A stretch of DNA of 59,123 nt, filler included, from Sphacelaria rigidula (taxonomy: Eukaryota): NCBI GenBank assembly GCA_964200075.2. It is 9 parts of 9 records of this genome, joined end to end, with 100 filler letters (N's around TTAATTAATTAA, not from the genome) between each part and the next. Parts side by side here need not be neighbours in the genome. Positions count along the whole stretch, not along the records: positions 19,744 to 26,223 come from CAXNAA020019824.1; positions 26,324 to 32,803 come from CAXNAA020019825.1; positions 32,904 to 39,383 come from CAXNAA020019826.1; 6 more parts are not named here. One strand, written 5' to 3'. Positions 25,524 through 38,590 of this stretch are shown one piece after another (positions within the stretch are counted from its first letter, which is position 1; every line of letters begins with the position of its first letter). Position numbers and translations under genes: made by a program. Under the pieces are notes generated by a model. The model saw only the letters and a program-made list of their open reading frames with translations, was not told the DNA's origin and did not search any database.

Positions 25524-26223
25524 ATATGTGGAGAGAGAGCGAGGGTTTGCCCGTTTTGTTCACTATGGGTATGTCTATCTTGTGAGTAACGACTGACCAA
25601 TACGGCTCTCGCGGATCAGGTAGTGTACGACAATGCACACCAGAATGAAAACATCAAATGTAGGTGGAGGTCACAATTGTATGTGCATACCGGAGAGTGA
25701 TGTGCCACAACAGGCGCAAAACGATCGAGGGACACCCGTGTCCCGGCAGAAGACCGTTCCGATAGAAGCAGGGAACAACGAAGCCCGGATTGGTCCGTTT
25801 TCGTCTGTCTGTGTCGAATCTCGTGTGACCCTTGACAACCAGGGGGGCCATCCTAAACCTATCCGAGACTGGGAGGTCGGAAACACAACTGGGACATTTC
25901 CTACTTTACCCGCGTCTTGCTCAAAAATCGACAAGGAGAGCGCCTAGCTCTGGAGAACTTTAGGCCAACAACAGGAACCGCCATTCTCGTTAGGGAAGCA
26001 GGAGCGACACCTCCCTCGACCACTATGGCACTGTCCCGTAGATTCCCTCACTTTTTTCAGCATATTCCACGTCTTTGAATACATATATACCGTTTCGAGT
26101 ACAAAATACATGAAAGTGGCGCCTAGTAATACTTGCCCCAGTGACTTTATTATTTTTGCTATTTTTTTCCGCAGTCATTCAGTGCAAACCTTTTTTCAAA
26201 CGATATCACGTACCCCCCCCCCC

Positions 26224-26323
26224 NNNNNNNNNNNNNNNNNNNNNNNNNNNNNNNNNNNNNNNNNNNNTTAATTAATTAANNNNNNNNNNNNNNNNNNNNN
26301 NNNNNNNNNNNNNNNNNNNNNNN
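26224..26323. other. Artificial contig linker 4
   Basis: 44N-TTAATTAATTAA-44N. Confidence 0.98.
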
Positions 26324-27015
26324 GTCTTCTTCTGCACTGGGTGTGATTCGAATTTCACGGGGAGCATGAGTTATGTTATTGTCTGATCTACCGACGTTCA
26401 GGGTTACCTGTGCGTAACTGCCGACCGCCGGATCTGCTTCTACATGTCTCCTGTCTGTGGGGATGCGCAAAATGGTTTTGGCGTGGTGTCTGCGTGTACT
26501 ACTACTATCGTTTTCGTCAGCCATGAACGGGCAGAGTACCTGATCTTGTTGCTGACTTACTTGTGCACGCTCGTACGTTCCGTTGAACCTCAGCGTCGAC
26601 CGGTTACTGTGGTCGTGCGGGTCATTGTTCGCGTGTTTGTTGTTTTTCGTGTAATTGCGCGGGGCGGTGATCCCATCGAATATTTCATGCGTGTGAGCTC
26701 TGCCGTTCAATCTAGTGTACCCTACCGGTATGTGCTTGTTACAGTACGTCTTGGTGGGGTTGGTCATCGGGGTTGGTCATCGACTTTTTTGTCGGGCGTG
26801 GGTAATGCGGAATGGGAATACACGATTTACCGCTGTGTCGTGCATTAGGGTTGCTACATGCGCCGGTACTTCTGCTCTGACCGTGAAAGAAGCTCGCCGC
26901 TACCGACCCCGGTTGGGGGGCCTGGGCGATACCCACCGACCTCGCTGAGTCCGTGACCGGTGCTCCTCCTCCCCCCAGACTGGTAGGCCCCCGCCGACTC
27001 GCGAAGCCCGCACCC

Positions 27016-28191
27016 TCAGGTGCCCCGCCCAGCTCCGCCATTTCCCCCGAAGTTGTGGGAAAACCGCGCCACTGTACCCGCTGCGGCCGCCGGTGCCGCT
27101 GGTGCTGGTGGTTTTGCCGTCGCCGCCGTCGGGGCTGTTGAAGTTATCTTAAACACCGCTGGTGGCTGGAGGGGAGGGCCTTCGACGGCTTCATGCTTGC
27201 TGGTGTGGTTCGGGAGGCGGCAGCCGCGCCCCCGTGGGCACGTGAGGTCCTGCCATGCTCGTAAGCAGACGCCCGCCGGCGGGGCCCATGACGCCAGTTC
27301 TGTGTTGAAATCGGTGTTCGGTGGCGTGAGGTATAGCCACTGGGGCGGGTACGACGGAGGGTCGGGGGAGACGCATTTTACCGCGTTGCTCGTGCCCCCG
27401 TCGGGGAACGCCTTCCGCTTGACGGCTGCCTCGGGGGCGGGCTGCGCGGGTGAGCCTGCGACCGTAAGCCCGGGGTTTTGGCGTCCAATGAGGTTGCTGG
27501 GGTGGCCGTCAGCGGTGAGCGTCTTCACGCGGGTGAACGCTGGTACCGGCACCGCGGGGCCCTGCCCGTTGGTGGGTGGGGCGGCGGGAGACTCCATGCG
27601 TAGATTCAGCCCAGCGTCCCTGCAGTCTGACAGCCACCCGTTGATGTCGAGATTGAAGTCGGTAATTATGCGAGTTTTTACGGCCGCCTCGTCTCTGTGT
27701 AGAGCGGCGTAGTTTTCCCGGTGTACGCGTCCAGCGCCGACGCCATCCTCGTCAGCTCTCCTGTGATGAAAAGCTCTCCTATCCCGTCCGCCGTCGTTGT
27801 CGCTGGTGTCGAAGTTGATGATGATGGCCAGCGCCTTGGCGAACGCGGTGACGTAAACTTCGGCGCGAAAGTAGTTCTTTTTATGCCAAGCGGCACCGGG
27901 GAGTGGAAGTTGGCGACGTCTACCTCGGTCAATGTCTGGAGGTTGATCAGCATGCCCCTGTTGTTGTCGGCCACGTCGCGGAGTTTGAGTTTTAGGTTTG
28001 TATCGGACATGAGATGGAAATGGAGACCCCGCTCCTGAGAATGTGGAAGAGTGCCTTGTTTTCGTCCGAGAGCCAGCTGTTGATCTCCCGCTTTCCCTGC
28101 ATTTCTTCAGCCTTCTTTGTAGCGGCGGGGGCGGTGTTGGCCGCTCCCATTGCATGAATAAGTTGCTGGATCTGTCCCCCTCCCCCACCAT
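27016..28191 (-). CDS. gag-like ORF with a CCCH-type zinc finger
   Basis: 391-codon frame; C-x8-C-x5-C-x4-H near the C-terminus. Confidence 0.55.
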   Translation of the reverse strand: MVGEGDRSSNLFMQWERPTPPPPLQRRLKKCRESGRSTAGSRTKTRHSSTFSGAGSPFPSHVRYKPKTQTPRRGRQQQGHADQPPDIDRGRRRQLPLPGAAWHKKNYFRAEVYVTAFAKALAIIINFDTSDNDGGRDRRAFHHRRADEDGVGAGRVHRENYAALHRDEAAVKTRIITDFNLDINGWLSDCRDAGLNLRMESPAAPPTNGQGPAVPVPAFTRVKTLTADGHPSNLIGRQNPGLTVAGSPAQPAPEAAVKRKAFPDGGTSNAVKCVSPDPPSYPPQWLYLTPPNTDFNTELASWAPPAGVCLRAWQDLTCPRGRGCRLPNHTSKHEAVEGPPLQPPAVFKITSTAPTAATAKPPAPAAPAAAAGTVARFSHNFGGNGGAGRGT

Positions 28192-28990
28192 TGAGAAGAT
28201 GGAGGAGTTGGTGGACGTGGGGTTGCGGCTGTGCTTGATAGGATTGCTGTGGTTGATGTTGATGGAGTTGTTGTCGTGGTGCTGGTCCGGCTACGGTTGC
28301 TGATGCTGCTGCTGCGGCTGCTGCGGCTGCGGCTGCGGCTGTTGGTGCTGCTCGTGTTGCTGAGATTGATGATGTTGCTGCTGCAGTCGCGGTTGTTGGT
28401 AATGGTGGTGTGGCTGCGGCTGTTGGTGTTGGTGATACGGTAGCGGCCCTCCGATGGGTGGCGGCAGTTGGACGTTGGGTGCGAGCAGGGGGAGCCCGTT
28501 CGCTCTTCCCCCCGCTATGTGCTGTTGCTGTGCGGCGCTCGCCGGCTGCCGGCCAGCCCCGCCTTGCGCGGTCCCGCCTTGCGGTTGTGGTTGTCCGTAC
28601 TGGAGAAGATGTACCTACTGTTGGAGGGTCGAAATTGCTTGGCTCTGCTGCTGCTGTCTGTGCAGGCTTTGCTGGTCTTGCTGTCCTATGTTGATGTTCG
28701 TTTTTACCCCTGCCTGCAGGATTTGAGCTAGAATATCTGATGGCGGGCTTGGGCCAGGTGGGGGTCCGAGTGGGGGTGGTGGGGGTGCTTGTGCGTCAGT
28801 GTTCAACTGACCTGCACTACCCTGCGGGCCGGCGTGCTGGTTGGCGAAGGCCGGGTTGCTGTGCGCGCCTCGGGCTTGCGGTGCCGGGGCTCGGCCTGTT
28901 TCCCCTCCTGCGTCCCTTCCCCCTTTTGTTCCTGCCGTTGCTCGAGCTCCTGATGTACCCCTGTGCTGGTGTTGGCCTTGGCTCTGCGAA

Positions 28991-28991
<1 letters not shown>

Positions 28992-29044
<53 letters not shown>
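28992..29044. repeat. (CTG)17 trinucleotide tract (poly-Ala/Gln in the gag-like frame)
   Basis: direct inspection. Confidence 0.9.
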
Positions 29045-29050
<6 letters not shown>

Positions 29051-30477
29051 GCTGTTCCCGATGCTGGTGTGTGGTCCATTGTAAAAGTCGATCAAGTGCC
29101 AGGGACTACTGTACTACTGAGACTGCTGGCGTGTCGCTGTTTGGTCAACTGGTCTCGAGTGATACTGTCTGTTTCTTTGGTGCTCTTGCACCAGACCAGT
29201 CTCGCCCGCTTGAACTAGCTCTGCGGCGCTTGCGCCTTGGCCGTGATCCCTTATATCTTATTTCCAGTTCGGCATACACCAGACTACATCCCTTTTAACT
29301 CTCTATCCGCCAGCACAAACCTCGTATTCTTACTGAATACACCTGATTCGAACCCAGATCTACACGCAGGTTGACGAATGCGGCGGGTCTGGAAGTGGTC
29401 ATTTGTCCAAGCAGGTCAAAGATCTGCGTAATGCTGTAGACAAGGCACAACAGGGCAACACAACACCTAGTCACCCAGCCCCGAAAAACCACGCACAGAC
29501 ACCCACCACTCACGCGCATCAGTTTCACTGCTAGCCCTTGCTAATCTTCACACGGCAGTCTTTGTTTGACAGAAATCCGTTCTGTATTGGACGAATGGCC
29601 GCTGCATGCGTGTCGAAAACAACCGAAAACGTGTCGTTGCTGACCATTTAGTAAGCGTGTGCTGCGCGCGCGTCTCACACAAACCATCATGTCTCAATGA
29701 ATTCTCAACACATGTGGGCAAGATTTGTCGATACTGTAGGACTTAGGACTAGTGGTTAGGACCTGTATTTTCGGTCGAAAAATGGAGCGGTGGAATCGAT
29801 CTGAGCGAAAAAAAAAAACTCGTTTTGATGCAGCCGGGTCCAGATGGATGTCCAAGCTATCGATCCAAAAAACACAGTGAAATTCGTGACACGGCACATG
29901 GTCACTTGTGTACAATACACACAGTCTGTACTGTCTGCATCGCTTCCAAGCAGGGTGTCTTGAGTGCGTGTGTGCGTGTTTCGTTCATGAGGATATGAAG
30001 GAGAAGCGGGCAACATGTAGTGCAGACAACCCAGGACTATCAATTCTCCCTGCTTACAAAGCGACGTGAAGAGGGCTTCAGCAACGTGCAGCTTTGTACA
30101 GACTGCACTTCCCATGAGCATGCTAGCAACTCGGTTGCCCACCGTACCACGCAGTTCTGTCGCTGATGGCCACCATGAGAGAAGAAGCGCAAGTTTTCGC
30201 GAACAAAAAATAACAAAGCATACCCAGCTACTGCCGTGAATATATCCCTGTGCTTAACTCGTGCTCAGTACTGCAGGGTTGCGGTGGTAGCTGAGAACGG
30301 GCGGGCATCTTGCCCACAGTTTTCAACCTGTGTGCAGATCTGGGTCCAATTTGTACAAAACAGTCCGTTTTCAAGTTCTAACACTAAAAAGCACTGCGGC
30401 ATTACTGTGTTGTCTTATGTTCAGTGTAGTGCTCTGTACTCCATATACCACTGCATAATTGTGTTGTGTTCAGTGTA

Positions 30478-30923
30478 CAACACGGGATCTTACAAATTGC
30501 GGATGGATCATTTATTGGGGATGAAAATCCCGGAGGATTAAAATCTTCGTATCCGCACCAAATATTCGAAATATGGTTCCATTAGTTCACCTACTGACAG
30601 CTATTGACAACTGCTACACGATATAGAAAATTGAATTTCGATCACCGTAATGTTGGGGTCCGAGGTGAAAAAAACAATGTCGGAACAATTTTGGCGTCCG
30701 CTCGGACACCCGGAATTCCGCGAAATTGGTTTTTCATCTCGGACCCCAACATTTCGGTGATCGAAATCCAATTTTATATGGCGTGTAGCAGTTGTCAATA
30801 GCTATCAGTAGGTGAACTAATGGAACCATATTTCGGATATTTGGTGCCGATACGAAAATTTGAATCCTCCGGGTTCTCATCCCCAATAAATGATCGGTCC
30901 CCAATTTGTAAGATCCCGTCTTG
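30478..30923. mobile_element. Foldback MITE-like element, family A, copy 2 (distinct subfamily), TA target
   Basis: TA|caacacgggatcttacaaattg ... caatttgtaagatcccgtcttg|TA; arms pair over almost the whole length. Confidence 0.88.
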
Positions 30924-32803
30924 TACTACCCTGTACTTCAGATAATACGGTCACGTTTTGAGCAGTTCTTGAAAATGTTTGCTTGTTTTTTTAAAAGTTC
31001 TCGAAAAGTCCTGCTTGTTTTTCTGTCACAGAAATCCAAAAATCGAATCTGGAATAGCCTGAGACAACAACCAATTCGAAAACTGGAATGCACTGCGTAC
31101 AGCTTGTAGTCTGTTGTCTATTGCAATAGACGCAAAAGTTCATACTACACGCACGCAGTGCACTTCTCGACCTTGTAACCCATTGTCCAGGGTGTTGGGA
31201 TGGGCACCGTTGAGAATCCCTGATCCACGCCAAGCACGAACCTTGCGAGCAAGGGAAAACGCTAATTTGTGCCAGAACTCTCTCCGACAGCACTGCAGAG
31301 TATGTCATCGTGAGCCATAATAGCGAAATCCGCCTAGACGTCTTGTGCCAAAAACAATTGTCGGAGGACCAAGAAGGCAGTTTCGAAAGTTTTTTTTCTG
31401 CCCGGATAACATGAAGCGGACTGATATAAGATGGACTCCGGGCACTTGAGTTTGAACTTGACTTTCGAGTCGGGTTCGGCCGGCCGAGTTGCTTGTTTCG
31501 TCCGATTGACCAGAGGGGTCACCGTCATCACTGACAAAAACGAAAGCAGTATCTCGGGTTATTTGCCCGGGGATGTGACAGTGAGGTGCGAAACAGGGCA
31601 GAGCAGTATATATATATATATATATATATATTCACACGCAAACACACACACACAGATACGTGAACCGTCTCGTCCACGAAAAATTAAATTTCAGACGAGC
31701 TAGCTGTATAGGGTACATACATCATCACATCGCAGAATATCTGTGTCCTCCCGCACTTTTGACGAAAACTAACGGCTTGCAGCCTAATGGATACCGAGGC
31801 TTCTTCTACCTTCATACCCTGGCGGCCGCGATCCCGTGTCACGTTGCGCCCGCATAGTTCTTCACCCTGTAATCGAATTTTCCACCCAAACCAACACCTA
31901 TTATCCAGGAGGACGACTGTGCCCCGAAGCATACAAACAGCCAAAGACGAGCATTTCCCAAAGACGCGTGGACGACTCACGATCCCTGGACGACTCACGA
32001 TCCCATAGGCCAGAGTGAACATTACAGCAAGTACACCATTTTTTCTGGGAGAACGACAATCCATAAAGATATATCCCATTGAGCGAGCGGTTGGGTGGCT
32101 CAGATCGACACAGCCTGGCGTCTGAAAGATTCCGTTTCTTGGGCGCGTACATACAAAAAACAAGCCACCTCCACAGCCCCCATCACCGTAATAGATCGTC
32201 TCTTGGATGGTCGTCCAGTTTTCTATACCGGCAGTCTGCCGAACCCAACAGTTACAAAAAGAAAAGAAAAGGGATCAGTGGCATATTTCCCCCCTCCCCC
32301 TTAGATCGCTTCATCTAACATAGTGTCCGTCGTTTGAGATCACCAACACATCGTTTTCGTTTAACCAAAGAACACGAATCAGATCGACAGTGTGCCGAGC
32401 CCAAGTCCTGCGGGATCGAGCACGGCGGGTGGTCGTTCCGAGCTGACCGATCGGTCACTTCTGGCGCCATCGTCCAGCCTGCCGCCTGTTGACTCCCTGG
32501 GAGCGCCGGCGATGGGAGGGGGCTCCATGGCGTGATTCACGTGTGCTAGCCACTGCAAGGAATCGCCGTACGTCTGGGTCATTAAAATAAAATGACAAAA
32601 ATCAAAAGAGGGAGTACGTGTGTTAATTTTCAAGTTTTACTTCGTCAGCTGCCTGACATGATGTTCCGCTCGAACAGTTAAGTTGCTCAAACAGTCACCG
32701 TACGTCGGTACCGACGAAAAGGGGAGCGCGCGCGGGGGGGTGTACTCATGATCATGCTTGCCATAGTCATCAGACCATTGACCTCGCATCCCTACAAAGC
32801 CGG

Positions 32804-32903
32804 NNNNNNNNNNNNNNNNNNNNNNNNNNNNNNNNNNNNNNNNNNNNTTAATTAATTAANNNNNNNNNNNNNNNNNNNNNNNNNNNNNNNNNNNNNNNNN
32901 NNN
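32804..32903. other. Artificial contig linker 5
   Basis: 44N-TTAATTAATTAA-44N. Confidence 0.98.
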
Positions 32904-33142
32904 GATGCGTGGTCAATGGTCGAACGACTAAGGCAAGCAACAAATGAGTACGCCCCCCCCCACACCCCTACGTTTTCCAAGCCCCGCAATGCAATCTGCC
33001 CGTAGGGTCATGTCCCTCCTGTGCATATGTAACCAACTATTCCACCTCAGTTATTATCTCTTTAATCTAAAACGTGATAACACCACTGTTTCCTGATCCA
33101 GCTTGTCTAATACCGTATGTTAATTTAACTTTTCGGTGGCGG

Positions 33143-33444
33143 GCCCCGGTTGTGTCATGGTCCGACTGTCGCCATTAGGGTGGAGAGAACGGGGGTTCGA
33201 TTCCCGATGCGTTGGAGTTTTTCTTCGTAATGTATGATTTTCACCGCGGAACGCGTGAGAACGTGAGTAAACAAAAGTAGTCGACTGGGTTTGTCTGACG
33301 TGAGTTGACGCGGTGCGGGAGTGCTGATCCAATCCGCGAGATCAAAATCAAAGGCACGTACTGGGGGAAAGATGGGTTGATCCCTTGAGACCACGGACCC
33401 ATCCCGAGGAAGGTGAGGGGTTCAAAGTGTGAGGGAAAAAAAAA
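33143..33444 (+). mobile_element. tRNA-derived SINE (family S), ~300 bp with an A-rich tail
   Basis: B-box GGTTCGATTCC at 33194-33204, about 44 bp after an A-box-like ttgtgtcatgg; A-run at the 3' end; two other copies in the window. Confidence 0.72.
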
Positions 33445-33539
33445 ATCGCCACTTCTGACGATCCCATCTAAAGTACTCATCCATCTGCAAACACATCATG
33501 TACGTCGGCGACATGAGTCGTTCCTCCCGAAAACTGTCA

Positions 33540-34270
33540 CTACTCACCCCTCCACTCGGTGCCCTGCCCAGGCTGCCGATCCCCGCTTCTACGCTTGTCG
33601 GCAACGACTTCTGACACTATACGAATCCGAAAGAGACATTAGGTCAGTCACTAGCGCGACTGCTCCCCCCTCTACTTGCAATGCCAGCGCAGGACCCTCG
33701 CGAACGCGCGTTACTATCATTCCGACGTGTAACTGGTCCCCTTTGGAAGCTCGGAATCGCACTTCCACCCGGTCTGTTGTGTGTGTGTACCCCACTCAGG
33801 TCGACGCAACTGCGCCCGTCTCTTAAAAAAGCCACTTTCCTTCTACGCAAACAGTAAAGTGGATGATAAGAATGAACAGAATCCATAAACATCTCGGAAG
33901 ACCTTGTCAGAAAGAAAAAGAAGGCACACAAGCCCAGCCACAGCACGCGACCATCTGGACCCCATCCAAGCGATGGGCGTTCTCCATCCATGAGCACTGA
34001 CAACGCCACCGGACGTCTAACCCGCTGTCGTGATCCCCTCACAGCGTGGCTACGGCTCAATCTCATCAATGCATTTTTAATTAATGAGTGCTGAATGTCC
34101 AAGTTGACAGCCCTCTCCAATCGATGGAAATATGGCGCTGCAGCTAAATGACTCGCCGCGGTGTTCGACCGCAACCCTTTCTTTGCACACTCATGACTTA
34201 TGTACTCAGTCAATGACCACACCTCATTTATCGCCTCATCACGGCTACTCAAAAACACGCCTCGGTCCAT
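33540..34270 (-). pseudogene. Tyrosine recombinase of the DIRS/Ngaro element (frameshifted, catalytic C-terminal block missing)
   Basis: GLRSNTAASHLAA (SAM-like N-domain), RRPV, FFFLTRSSE (catalytic Arg box I), VRFRASKGDQ (catalytic Lys); no HxxR/Tyr seen. Confidence 0.85.
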
Positions 34271-35003
34271 CTCCCGCCGAAACTTAACCCAGAAACCGAA
34301 ATATCCCTAGTAAGTTCTCGCAGACGACGGCGCAATGGCATTTCGGACGAGCCCCCGGCAAAAATGCATGAACGCAGATGCCTCCCCTCTGTCCCGATGT
34401 CCTGCATATGCCAACGAACATCGGGACGGCGGGACGAGAGGTTAGCGGAGGTACGGTTGATTGGCCATCGCGAAATACCATCAGCAACATCATTCAGAAT
34501 CCCCGACACGTGCTTCGCTCAAACACCCATCCCGATGCTATTTCCAACCCGCCAAGCATACGCATCAGAGCGCCCGATCGCGGCTCCTTCCCCCCTCTGC
34601 ACATATTTACCGAAGTCACGGGGGCTGAATTGTCTCCACCACGTAACAGCACACAATCAGCGCGATGTCGTGGTCATCTCCCACCGAGAACACATATTGC
34701 CCACGCCGACATGACCACACCCAACAGTTCCAGGTCATTGATGGAGATGTCCTCTGCCGAGTGCACCGTATCACCTTTAAACTGACAACGTTCGTCATCG
34801 AACAATACATAACGCCACCACAGGCCCGATTGCAGACAATATCCGCCAACCGCAGCACCCGATGCGTCCGAAATCAAGGACAGCGTGGGCGGGCGCAACA
34901 CCAATCGGTACAACGGGGACGACAAAACTGCTCCATCCCGCAACAAACCGTCACCCACCAGCCAACGCCACACGTGTAAATCATTGTGAAACTCCGGGCT
35001 CAA
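34249..35003 (-). pseudogene. DIRS-type RNase H (frameshifted)
   Basis: LISDASGAAVGGY, ISINDLELLGVV, GILNDVADGISRW. Confidence 0.88.
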
Positions 35004-35042
35004 ACCACCACTCGCGACTTCGTCGCCGCCCTCTATTGAAAA

Positions 35043-36290
35043 TCATTCCCCGTCACCACACGGGACGAGGAGGGGCGGCGCACCCCCGCCGGTGCGAGCA
35101 TGCGGTGTACAAAAATTCCCCGGACGCAAAGCGTAGGAGATGTGTAGCAGGAAACCGGTCAACGGCGAAATGTCTCTCACTGTTGCACACTTGCGATCTC
35201 GAGGCCGTTGCAACACCAGCTTTTGCAATTTTGAGATTTTTGCCTCTGAAAGCGAGATCGAGAGGGAGTCAGTATCAATCACCCATCTCAGCACTTCCAA
35301 CCGGGTGTCCCACGCCGACATTTTGTTGGTGTCCAATAACGGGGGGTCATCCGCCCCCCTCTCCCAGTAAACGATAATGACCTGATATCAAGAACCTCGA
35401 CGCGCACAAACATCGCATGCCGTCAGGAAAGTATTGTACTTCCACCATTATACTGTCGTCAATGTAAATCCACATCAAAAAAGGGTTGCCCACTCCGCCA
35501 CCAACTGCCGGAACGGTCTTCCAGTCCGGGGCCAGAGTTGCAACGCCTTTCTGTCGGTGTGACGCCATCTTGATAGACTGAGCATCATGACGGCCGATAT
35601 TCGTCACCGCGTGTGTGAAAAATGACGTGTTGTTGTGCGAGTGTTCCAAGGCCGCTGCTAGCAAGCCCCAGAAGCTGGGAATGCTGCGCCAACCGATTTC
35701 CAAACACAGATCAACGACGGCCAAATCACCAAACACGTACCCAAAATGAGCGGCACGTGCTGGGTCCACCAACACTTGGCGAAATGCCTCCTTGACATCA
35801 AGTTTACTCAGCACAATGCGGGCCGCGGGCCCAAATTTCTGTCGCAAGAACAGAATTCGCACCAGGACTTCAAGCAGCACCCCACCGATGTCACATGGCG
35901 GTGCCTGCAAAAAATTGGTGTCCGCATTAAAACTGGTGTGCGGCTTTCGACGGGGGGGGACAGTGGGCTCATGTATGATACGAAATTTGGGGTCCACCAC
36001 CACCCCAAGCGGGGGAACACAAAATAGTTCAATATCGAAGATCCTTCTCACGTCGAATACCAGTGCACGACCGTGCATAACATCCAGGCGTAGCTGTTCA
36101 TATTTACGATGCTGGTGCTCATCCACCCCACTATGATTTCCATAGTTGATCGCATTAACCAAATCACCCCCGGGTTGGACATCAACCGGTACACCCCATT
36201 CTAGCACATTTACCAACAAAGTGATGTGCGGGAAACCCTTGAAGTCACCAAACCATTGACGAACACCTTAAACGTCTACTTGCGATCCGA
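35043..36290 (-). pseudogene. pol: DIRS-type reverse transcriptase (frameshifted)
   Basis: PLGVVVDPKFRIIH, LSKLDVKEAFRQV, LEIGWRSIPSFW, IYIDDS, LEVLRWVIDT. Confidence 0.9.
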
Positions 36291-36699
36291 AAGATTCTCG
36301 CCCTACTCGGTTAAGGAAAACTTAAACATCGCCGTCACACGCGTATAGCATGGCCAAGCCTATATCTGCAATGCGGGTAAGGTGCGCTACCGCCTGCGTC
36401 CCAGTCAGGTTACGTAACTGCTTGACCAAATCTTTCCACTCTTACTGCAGCATCGGAAATTAACATCAGCACACACATCCAACATACCAGAATCACAGTT
36501 TGCCATGGAACCTGGCACCAGCATATCACTATCGCATCCACCTTGATGCCGTCCCAGAGCGGCGCGTGCCAACTCCCGCAATCCCATCCTATTCTGGCAC
36601 GTGCGCATTCCGACGCTCCTTTCCTGGGTTGGCCCCGCCTCAAGCCGAAGTCCGTCCCCCTAGCCCGACCTTCCTGCACGCGCCGCCGTACCATGGCCA

Positions 36700-38590
36700 C
36701 CGCGTGAACCCACGTCCCCAGTAGAAGCTCCCCCACCTTTTTTGCTACCCTCCGCAATCAGAACTCGCGACCCCGATGCCTGAGTGGTCTGGGACCGACT
36801 GTTGCCGCTGGTACCGGGAGCAGGGACCTCAGCGTCGGAGGTACGGGTCCCACTGGATCGGCCGGCGCCACTGCCGCTATTACCGGTGGCGGCGCTCGAG
36901 TTGCCATCCCCTCCTGATTGTGGCCCGTTGTGACTGAACCTGTATCTGTCCCCCCACCGACAGTTGGCCGCAGTCAAGAAAAATGAAGCACGACTGGCTC
37001 CGCCGCACTCGCTTGGCCGCCGAGTACCCGCGTCTCCGGCTGCGGTGCCCCAATTCCCTGCACCCCGGTTGCCGGAGCCCGATCCACTCCCCACACCACC
37101 CCCAGCGGTGGCGCTTCCCGTTCCCCTCCCTTCCGACGCGTCAACGTACCCCGCTCTCACCACTCACAGAGCGTCGCCCCCAGTCTCGATGAACGAGCGT
37201 AGCTGAGGAAAGGCGGGAACAGGCGGAGAAGGGAGAACGCCGGTCGACGGTGGCGGAGAACGATTGTTCGCGAACAACTGCTGCGACCACTGTGCCAAGG
37301 CATCAGACCACTTGCCGAGGTCAGAGTTGATGATGAGGGTCGTGGTATCGGTACACGCGCGCTGTGTCATCATATCGTAGTGGGCGTTGGTGTACAACCG
37401 AGAATCGAAGGTAATCTTCGCGAAGGCCGCCGTGAGCGTCTCCGCCCGGCCGGTACACATCGTTTCTTCTACACCCGACGGCGCTCCCAGGCCGGCACCC
37501 AGCAAGCGCCCGAAGGCTTCACCCATCAGACCCAAACAGTCCGGCAGGGACATATTGTCGCTCGGATTAGAGCCCGCAGCACCGCGCAGCATGATTACTG
37601 CAACGTCGACTAAGGAGAGAGAGCGGAACATGCTCGCCACCTTCGAAGAGACATGTATCATGGCACCCAGGACCCCCTGCAACTCAGGTGGGCTAAATGA
37701 CTGCTGGCGGTTTACCGGTGAGGAGCCACCACTTACGTGACGCGGCGTCCTGCCAAAGCTGCACACGATCCCGGACCTCGTACTTTTTTCGTTGCTCCAC
37801 CTCAGCCCAAGCTGCAGCCTGGTCTGCCCCTGGCTGCTGTGCACCCCACGGCTGCACGTTGGTCCACGCCCCGCCTCCACCCACGGATCCCGAACCGGCA
37901 AGGCCTGCGATCTGCAGCAGGGGGCGCGGGTTGTGTTGCCGTTGAACCAATGTGGAAGGTGCGTGATCCCCCGCCAGCCTCTGCAAATTCCCCGCGCGGC
38001 TTAGCGCGTACCCCTGGCGCACTTGGCCATACCACCGCTGGACGGGTCGGTGACCGCAGGGAAATATCGCCAGCGACGGTAGTGAACGGCCTAGCCGCCT
38101 CTGTGCCAGAACCCCTGACCGCCGCGTGGGAAAAGTTACTATCCTCGGGGCGGCTGACGGATGCTGCGGGTCTCGCCCCTGATGCAACTAACTGTTGAAT
38201 CACCTCCCTCAAGTGACGAACCTCGTCTGTAACCGAGGTCATCTTGGACCCCAAACCCTCCGCGCTCGTCTTAGTGCCCTCAAGTTTGTCGGCGATGGTG
38301 TCCACGAAGTCGCTAATGCGATCCATATATATATATATTCGGTGATGTCGCCCACCTGGTTGTTTAAGGTGTCGATCTGTTGGATCGTAGCCCACGGCAA
38401 TCCTACCGCTATCCCATCGTCGAGGGCGAGCCACCCCTACGCAGGGTCGTCACTGTGCGTGTCCCCGCTGTGTGCCGCAGACCTGGTGGAAGACGACCTC
38501 GTCTGGGATGCAGGCGCGGACGCGGGCGCCACGGCCTTCTGTTTACCATTGCTCCCCGCCCCCGCTGGAGCTCCTCCTGACGACAGCATG
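36700..38590 (-). pseudogene. gag: gag of the DIRS/Ngaro element (frameshifted) with a degenerate CCCH finger
   Basis: coiled-coil-like ISDFVDTIADKLEG...VRHLREVIQQLVA; core 37164..37901; SFFLTAANCRWGDRYRFSH resembles C-x-FF-x4-C-x-WG-x2-C-x-FSH. Confidence 0.7.

Larger units (their letters stand above)
26324..29250 (-). mobile_element. 5' part of a retroelement with gag-like ORF(s), probably DIRS/Ngaro-type; truncated by the contig end before any RT
   Basis: Q/A-rich N-terminus (28615..29079); ORF 27016..28191 with VTAFAKAL...IITDFNLDINGW resembling TAAFAKIT...IINSDLGKW of the gag at 37164..37901; CCCH-like finger CLRAWQDLTCPRGRGCRLPNH. Confidence 0.55.

Noticed and set aside
27020..29298. 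Plus-strand GC-rich, poly-Leu/Cys/Ala ORFs
   Set aside because: Antisense shadows of the gag-like frame and CTG tracts.
33143..33215. Functional tRNA gene (also 52846-52925)
   Set aside because: A/B boxes are present but I could not build a full cloverleaf, and the sequences sit inside dispersed repeats.
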